64,000 nucleotides of DNA from an uncultured Candidatus Rokubacteria bacterium (lineage in GTDB: Bacteria; Methylomirabilota; Methylomirabilia; Rokubacteriales; DASRDR01). Below, one piece after another: positions 58,895 to 64,000 of the stretch (its first letter is position 1; each line of letters begins with the position of its first letter). The translations under genes and the position numbers were made by a program. Under the pieces are notes generated by a model. The model was given only the letters and a program-made list of their open reading frames with translations, ran no database searches and was not told where the DNA came from. The DNA is taken from positions 1,984,001 through 2,048,000 of the forward strand of contig CAWGVS010000005.1 in NCBI GenBank assembly GCA_963826115.1, given 5' to 3'.

Positions 58895-60496
58895 CTACTT
58901 GTCGACCCAGGTCGTCCAGAGACCGAGGTTGTACTCGACCGGGTGGATGACGAACCCCTTGACGCTCGCCCGGGTGATGATGATTTCCTTCGTGTTGTAA
59001 ATCGGCAGCCAGCTTGGATCCTTGGCCAAAATGTCCTGCACCTCGCCGTAGAACTTCTCCCGCTCCGTCTGGTTCAGGCTGCGGCGCGCCCCTTCCAGGA
59101 GCTCGTCGACCCGAGGATTGGAGAAGTGTGTACGGTTCCAGCCCACGGGCTTCAGCTGCTTCGAGTGAAAGAGGGTGAAGAGGGAATAGTCCGCATCCGC
59201 GTTGGTGGTCGCCCAGCCGAACGTCCAGTTGTGTCGATTGAATTCCGCCTGATTGTACTCGTTGAACACGGTCGCCCATTCGCGGAACTCAACCTTGGCG
59301 TCGACCCCAACCTCCTTCCACATCTGCTGGACCGCCTCGGTGATCTCCCCGTCCTTCGGGTAGCGGCCGCGCTGCGCGATCCAGTTGAGAGTGAGCTTCT
59401 GCCCGCCTTTCTGGAGGATGCCGTCCGAGCCGGGAGTCCAGCCGGCCTGGGCGAGGAGCGCCTTCGCCTTCGCGCGATCGAACGGCAAGAGCTGGTCGAA
59501 CTGCATGTCCTTGTAGCCGAACACTCCGGGCGAGAGATAGGACTTCGCCGGCACGCCCAGTCCCTCGACGATGTTGTCGAGAATCGCCTTCCGGTCCACA
59601 GCCTGGATCAACGCCTGGCGGACTCGCGCGTCGTCGAGCGGAGCCATCTTGTTGTTCAGGCCGACGTACACGACCCGGAGGCCGGGCGCCTCGTGCACGG
59701 TGTACTTCGCGTCCTTGCGGAACGTCGGGAGCTGCGCCGGCGACGGGAACATGACCATGTCCGCGTCGCCCGTCTGGAGCGCGATCATCCGCGCGCCTTC
59801 CTCCGGCACCACCTTGAAGACCACGCGGTCGAGGAGGGCCTTCTCGCCCCAGTAGTCGGGGTTCCGCTCGATGACGATCTGGGTGTTCGTCTTCCACTCC
59901 ACGAACTTGAACGGGCCGGTGCCGACGGGCGCCCGCAGCGCCCCTTCGCCCAGCTTCTGGACCGCGGTGGGGGATACGATCGACACGTAGAGCATCGCCA
60001 TGGAGCGCAGGATCGGGCCGTAGGGCTCCTTGGTGGAGATGTCGACGGTGAGGTCGTCGACCACCTCGGCCCCGGCGATCGGGCCTGCGAGGCTGGCCCA
60101 CCGCGCCGGCGGGTTGCTCTTGAACGCCCGGTCGAAGGTGAACTTGACCGCCGCCGCGTTGAAGGGCGTGCCGTCGTGGAACTTCACGCCGGGCCGGAGT
60201 TTGAAGCGGACCTTCGTCGGGTTCATGACTTCGTAGCTCGTGGCCAGCTTCGGCTGGATCGTCATCTTCTCGTCGAGATAGATGAGCGGCTCCAGGATGT
60301 TGTAGTAAACCCACGCGCCGGGGGCCGTCGTCTCGGTGTGCGGGTCGAGTGACACCGGATCCGTCGGCCGGACGATCGTCAGCGTCCCTCCGCGCTTCTG
60401 CGCTTGAACCGAGCCCGCGAGGGCGATCACGCTCACCGCGAGCACACCCGCCAGGACGACTCGAATCCCGGGCGGCAGTCTCCTCCAGCTATGCAT
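58895..60496 (-). CDS. ABC substrate-binding protein, family 5 (GsiB/DppA-like)
   Basis: Signal peptide; SLDP, LRPGVKFHDGTPFNA and PVGTGPFKF. Confidence 0.92.
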   Translation of the reverse strand: MHSWRRLPPGIRVVLAGVLAVSVIALAGSVQAQKRGGTLTIVRPTDPVSLDPHTETTAPGAWVYYNILEPLIYLDEKMTIQPKLATSYEVMNPTKVRFKLRPGVKFHDGTPFNAAAVKFTFDRAFKSNPPARWASLAGPIAGAEVVDDLTVDISTKEPYGPILRSMAMLYVSIVSPTAVQKLGEGALRAPVGTGPFKFVEWKTNTQIVIERNPDYWGEKALLDRVVFKVVPEEGARMIALQTGDADMVMFPSPAQLPTFRKDAKYTVHEAPGLRVVYVGLNNKMAPLDDARVRQALIQAVDRKAILDNIVEGLGVPAKSYLSPGVFGYKDMQFDQLLPFDRAKAKALLAQAGWTPGSDGILQKGGQKLTLNWIAQRGRYPKDGEITEAVQQMWKEVGVDAKVEFREWATVFNEYNQAEFNRHNWTFGWATTNADADYSLFTLFHSKQLKPVGWNRTHFSNPRVDELLEGARRSLNQTEREKFYGEVQDILAKDPSWLPIYNTKEIIITRASVKGFVIHPVEYNLGLWTTWVDK

Positions 60497-60516
60497 CGAC
60501 CTGTCTCCTTTTTTGG

Positions 60517-62271
60517 CTACGGACCGAAGGCATCCATCACCCCGGCCGCCTCCTCGAGGGCGTGCACTACCCGGTTGCGCTCCCGGACGAGCGCGGCCGC
60601 TGCGAAGCGGAACCCGTCGGACGACCGATCGAGGTCGGACAGCTCGCGGGCCCGCTGGAGTCCCGCGAGCGGCGGCACCGGTATCGCGAGATCGTGGTGG
60701 AATCGGTCGCCGGTCGTGTAGAAGAGCGGGATCAGGACCCTCGACAAGGCGCCCATGGCGCGGTTCGCGGCCTCCGTTCGGGCCGGATCGGCTCGCCCTC
60801 CGGCGGCGATGGCGTCCACCGCCCCCGCGAACGCCTCGGCCCGCTCGGCGAGGTGCCGGGCCGCCGCGACGGCCGGCCCGGCGTCCCACCGCCCGCCTCC
60901 CGCGGAGCCGAGCTCTTCCACGGTCGCCAGGATCGCGCGCGCGAACCGCGTGTAGTCCAGCGGGAGCACCGGCCCGCCGACGAGTCGAAGCGCCGCCGCC
61001 ACGTACACGCGGGTGTCGAGCGCGAGGACGTCGGCGTCGATCTTGTCGATCGTGTCCTCGCGCGTGTGCCACCACCAGGGAAAGCCCGCCGTGCCGAAGA
61101 GGCGCTCCATCCACCGCGAGAGGTCGGTGTCCTGCCGAGGGATCCCGGACAGCGACATCAGAGCCGACGGGATCCCGATCCCCCAGAACGACTGGTCGCC
61201 CGCGCGAGGAAAGCGCCGGGCCCGCGGGGTCTGGCCCGTCACGTCGCCCACCACTCCCTCCACGAAGCTCTGCGCGTCCTCGGTCGCGTGAACGACCGAG
61301 TAGTCAGTGGCGCCGCGGGCGCCCGTCGAGTCGATGTTCAGGTGCACCGCGCATCGCCGCTCGAGCTCCAGCCACGCGTGATCCGCGTACCACGTGGAGC
61401 CCGCGTAGCGCCCGTGGGAGTGCCCCGACCAGAAGGCCAGGCGCAGCCCTCGCCGGAGCGCGCTCCGCCGCGTCGCCAGGAGTCGCGCGACCTCGAGCAT
61501 CGTCGCGTTCGCCGTCCCGTTGTCCATCGCGCCGTAGTGCCAGCCGTCCACGTGCCCGGAAAAGAGCACGAAGCGGTCCTCGGTCGTCCCGTCGAGGTGT
61601 GCCGTCAGGTGCGGGATCGGCGACCAGCCCGTGCGCACCCGGGTCACGAGACGCACGCGGCCGCGGCCCTCCTGGATCAGCTTCCGGATGCGCTCCCCAT
61701 CGGTCCGACGGACCGACAGACACGGGGTGCGCGGGATCCTCCAGGCGGTGTCCGGCTCGGGCGTCCCCCAGATCGTGGTCACGATCATGTTGTGGAGGTG
61801 GTCGCGGTTGACGAAGATCTGCCCGACCGTCCCCGCCTCCTGAGCGGCCCACGCCTTGCCCGGCGTGGCCAGGCTGTCCAGGAGGGCGATCTTGCCTGCC
61901 GCGCGCGCGAGATCCGCCGGGTTTCCGTCTCCGACGTCGACCACCTCGGCGTCGAGGCCGTCGGTCGAGGGCGAGAACGCGTGAGTGAGCCCCTCGATCA
62001 CCGCGCCGTCCGGAAGGGCGACGCGGCCCTCCAGCGGCAGGCTGATGAAGGCCTCGATCTCCCGGCGCTCGACGGCGTAGCCGTAGCTCTTGAGCGCCCG
62101 CTCGATGTGGTCGTAGGACTGCGCCTCGCCCGGCGTCCCGGACTCCCGCTCCCACGCGGCGATCGCGCGGGTGTGCGCCATCAAGGTCTCCGACGATACG
62201 GCCGCCAGCAGATCCGGCTCGTGGGGGTCCCGGTAGTGCCAGTACGGGGTCAGGCTTCGATCGCTAGACAC
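60517..62271 (-). CDS. M28 family metallopeptidase with PA-like insert
   Basis: SGHVDGWH.GAMDNG, WSGHSHGRYAGS, NIDS and WWWHT.EDT; GGAGG RBS before GTG. Confidence 0.85.
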   Translation of the reverse strand: MSSDRSLTPYWHYRDPHEPDLLAAVSSETLMAHTRAIAAWERESGTPGEAQSYDHIERALKSYGYAVERREIEAFISLPLEGRVALPDGAVIEGLTHAFSPSTDGLDAEVVDVGDGNPADLARAAGKIALLDSLATPGKAWAAQEAGTVGQIFVNRDHLHNMIVTTIWGTPEPDTAWRIPRTPCLSVRRTDGERIRKLIQEGRGRVRLVTRVRTGWSPIPHLTAHLDGTTEDRFVLFSGHVDGWHYGAMDNGTANATMLEVARLLATRRSALRRGLRLAFWSGHSHGRYAGSTWYADHAWLELERRCAVHLNIDSTGARGATDYSVVHATEDAQSFVEGVVGDVTGQTPRARRFPRAGDQSFWGIGIPSALMSLSGIPRQDTDLSRWMERLFGTAGFPWWWHTREDTIDKIDADVLALDTRVYVAAALRLVGGPVLPLDYTRFARAILATVEELGSAGGGRWDAGPAVAAARHLAERAEAFAGAVDAIAAGGRADPARTEAANRAMGALSRVLIPLFYTTGDRFHHDLAIPVPPLAGLQRARELSDLDRSSDGFRFAAAALVRERNRVVHALEEAAGVMDAFGP

Positions 62272-62292
62272 GCAGCTCACCTCCAGGCGCCG

Positions 62293-62366
62293 GGGGTCAG
62301 ACCTTGGTTTCCAGACCACTCACCGGCGGCCGCCAGGAACATGTTTGGAAGTCAAAGCCTGACCCC
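62293..62366. repeat. 74-bp element with imperfect inverted ends (MITE/REPIN-like)
   Basis: GGGGTCAGACCTTGGTTTCCAGAC ... GTTTGGAAGTCAAAGCCTGACCCC. Confidence 0.7.
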
Positions 62367-63371
62367 GACCATCTCGTCGAGATTCTCCCACCCCATCGCC
62401 CGGCGGCCGGCCTCGATCTCACCGATGAGGGCCAGCAGCCGGCGGGTCAGCGGGAGCCGGAGACCGTGGCGTTCGGCTCGCTCGAGCGTCGCACCCAGGT
62501 GCGCCTCGACCTCCGTCTTCCGCTTCCGGACGACGAGGTCTCGCCAGATGCCCGTCTTCGTCTTGGTGTGCCCTCGGTAGAACTTGGAGATGGCGGCCAT
62601 CGCCCGCGCGACGGCTCCCGCATCTCCTGCACGGCCCGCGCGGTACCACGCGGGGTCGAACTCGTCGAAGGCCTCGACGTGAACGCCTTCGGCCTCGGCG
62701 ACCGACATGCCCTCGGCCACCAGCGCGACCAGCATCCGCTGGATCTCGGGAGAGCGCTCGACGACCTCGTAGACGTGCGCGTCGACGAGCGCGGTGGCCA
62801 CCAGGAGCGCGCTGTAGACGTGCTTCGCCCACTTCAGGCCCCCGATGTTCGAGGAGACCTGCGTCGGCGTGACCGCGCTCAGCATGTCCGCCAGCTCCTT
62901 GACACGCGCCGAGAGCTCCCCGTCGAGCTCGCCCACCGCGAACGTCCCCGTGCCGCCGTGCTGGATCCGCCCCGGCGCGATCCAGTCGGCCGCCCAGTTG
63001 ACGAGGCAGCCCACGGTCCTCGCCTGCCCCACCCGCGCCGCGATGACGGACTCGTTCAGCCCGTTCTGGAGCGACACGACCGTGCCGCGCGGGTGGAGCC
63101 GGGGCACGACGCGGTCGAGGGCAATGCCGGTGTGCTGCGCCTTGACGGCGAGCAGCACGAGGTCGAGGGTCCCCGGCAAATGGTCGGGGGTGACCGCCCG
63201 CACCGACGCGGTCCAGACCCCGCCCGGGGTCACGATCGCGAGGCCGCCCTCGTTCATGGCCGCGACGTGGTCGGCCGCCTGGTCGACCAGCAGCACGTCG
63301 TGCCCGGCACGCGTCAGCGACGCTCCCGTGACTCCGCCGATCGCGCCGGCCCCGACGATCGTGACAGCCAT
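62352..63371 (-). CDS. Ketopantoate reductase (PanE/ApbA) family protein
   Basis: GAGAIG, LAVKA, SLQNG, KWAK and RKTE. Confidence 0.85.
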   Translation of the reverse strand: MAVTIVGAGAIGGVTGASLTRAGHDVLLVDQAADHVAAMNEGGLAIVTPGGVWTASVRAVTPDHLPGTLDLVLLAVKAQHTGIALDRVVPRLHPRGTVVSLQNGLNESVIAARVGQARTVGCLVNWAADWIAPGRIQHGGTGTFAVGELDGELSARVKELADMLSAVTPTQVSSNIGGLKWAKHVYSALLVATALVDAHVYEVVERSPEIQRMLVALVAEGMSVAEAEGVHVEAFDEFDPAWYRAGRAGDAGAVARAMAAISKFYRGHTKTKTGIWRDLVVRKRKTEVEAHLGATLERAERHGLRLPLTRRLLALIGEIEAGRRAMGWENLDEMVGVRL

Positions 63372-63506
63372 TCGCCCCTCTCTATCACAGGGCCCAGGGA
63401 GCGTCAACGCGACGGGCCTGCCGGCATATAATCGGGGCGTCCGTCGAGCGTTGGGGGTCGTTCGGAGCGATCGGCCCGATCCGTCACTCGAGACCAGGAG
63501 AGTTCG

Positions 63507-64000
63507 ATGAAGCTCGTTCGCTACTCCGTGCGCGGCTCGTCCCCTCGCCTCGGCGCCCTCGTCGGCGACCGCATCCGCTGCCTGGGTGAGACCTACCACC
63601 GCTACCTCGCCGGCCGGGGGGTCGTGCGCGCGGGCGAGCTGGCCCACGCGCTGTTTCCGCCGAGCGCGCGCGAGTTCCTCCGGGCCGGGGCGGCCGCCGA
63701 GGACGCCCTCCACACCATGGAGGAGGAGATTCGGGCCGGGCGGCTCGAGTGGCACACGCATCCCGCCGCCGAGGCGCACCTCCACGCGCCGATCCACGAC
63801 CCCGAGAAGTTCCTCTGCATCGGGCTCAACTACATCGACCACGCCGAGGAGACCAAGAGCCCCATCCCGAAGGAGCCGCCGCTCTTCGCCAAGTTCCCGA
63901 ACGCGATCGTGGATGCGGCGGCGCCGATCGTGCGCCCGAAGGGATGCGAGAAGCTCGACTACGAGGTCGAGCTCGGCTTCGTGATGGGGCGCGAGGCGAA
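63507..64000 (+). CDS. Fumarylacetoacetate hydrolase family protein (partial)
   Basis: AGGAG RBS; manual translation shows MKLVRY, CIGLNYIDHAEE, LFAKF and LDYEVEL. Confidence 0.88.
   Translation, partial: MKLVRYSVRGSSPRLGALVGDRIRCLGETYHRYLAGRGVVRAGELAHALFPPSAREFLRAGAAAEDALHTMEEEIRAGRLEWHTHPAAEAHLHAPIHDPEKFLCIGLNYIDHAEETKSPIPKEPPLFAKFPNAIVDAAAPIVRPKGCEKLDYEVELGFVMGREA

Overview
A very GC-rich bacterial chromosomal window (roughly 70%, estimated by eye) with dense metabolic and transport genes. Gene content and style suggest Candidatus Rokubacteria (Methylomirabilota); this is inference. I saw no rRNA, tRNA, CRISPR array, prophage or transposase. Main modules: hydantoinase/oxoprolinase A/B; a SSS-PAS-histidine kinase plus sigma54 regulator next to a DUF4212/ActP-like symporter/DUF294 nucleotidyltransferase/DEDDh exonuclease locus; a membrane-sensor(HAMP)-fused trehalose-6-phosphate synthase; a DUF169-MtaA/URO-D fusion behind a structured 5' leader; two Dpp/Opp-type uptake clusters with catabolic enzymes; and msrPQ, yitJ, aroK, lysA. 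The strongest hidden signal is an AhpD/CMD-family gene that the ORF track splits in two. It has an in-frame UGA in a C-G-F-U (CxxU) motif followed by a bacterial SECIS-like hairpin, so it is a probable selenoprotein, and it sits between msrP and msrQ. Other signals: a candidate riboswitch-like leader, a family of GGGGTCAG/CTGACCCC REP/MITE-like palindromes, two truncated gene remnants, and several single-base frameshifts that are most likely consensus errors.
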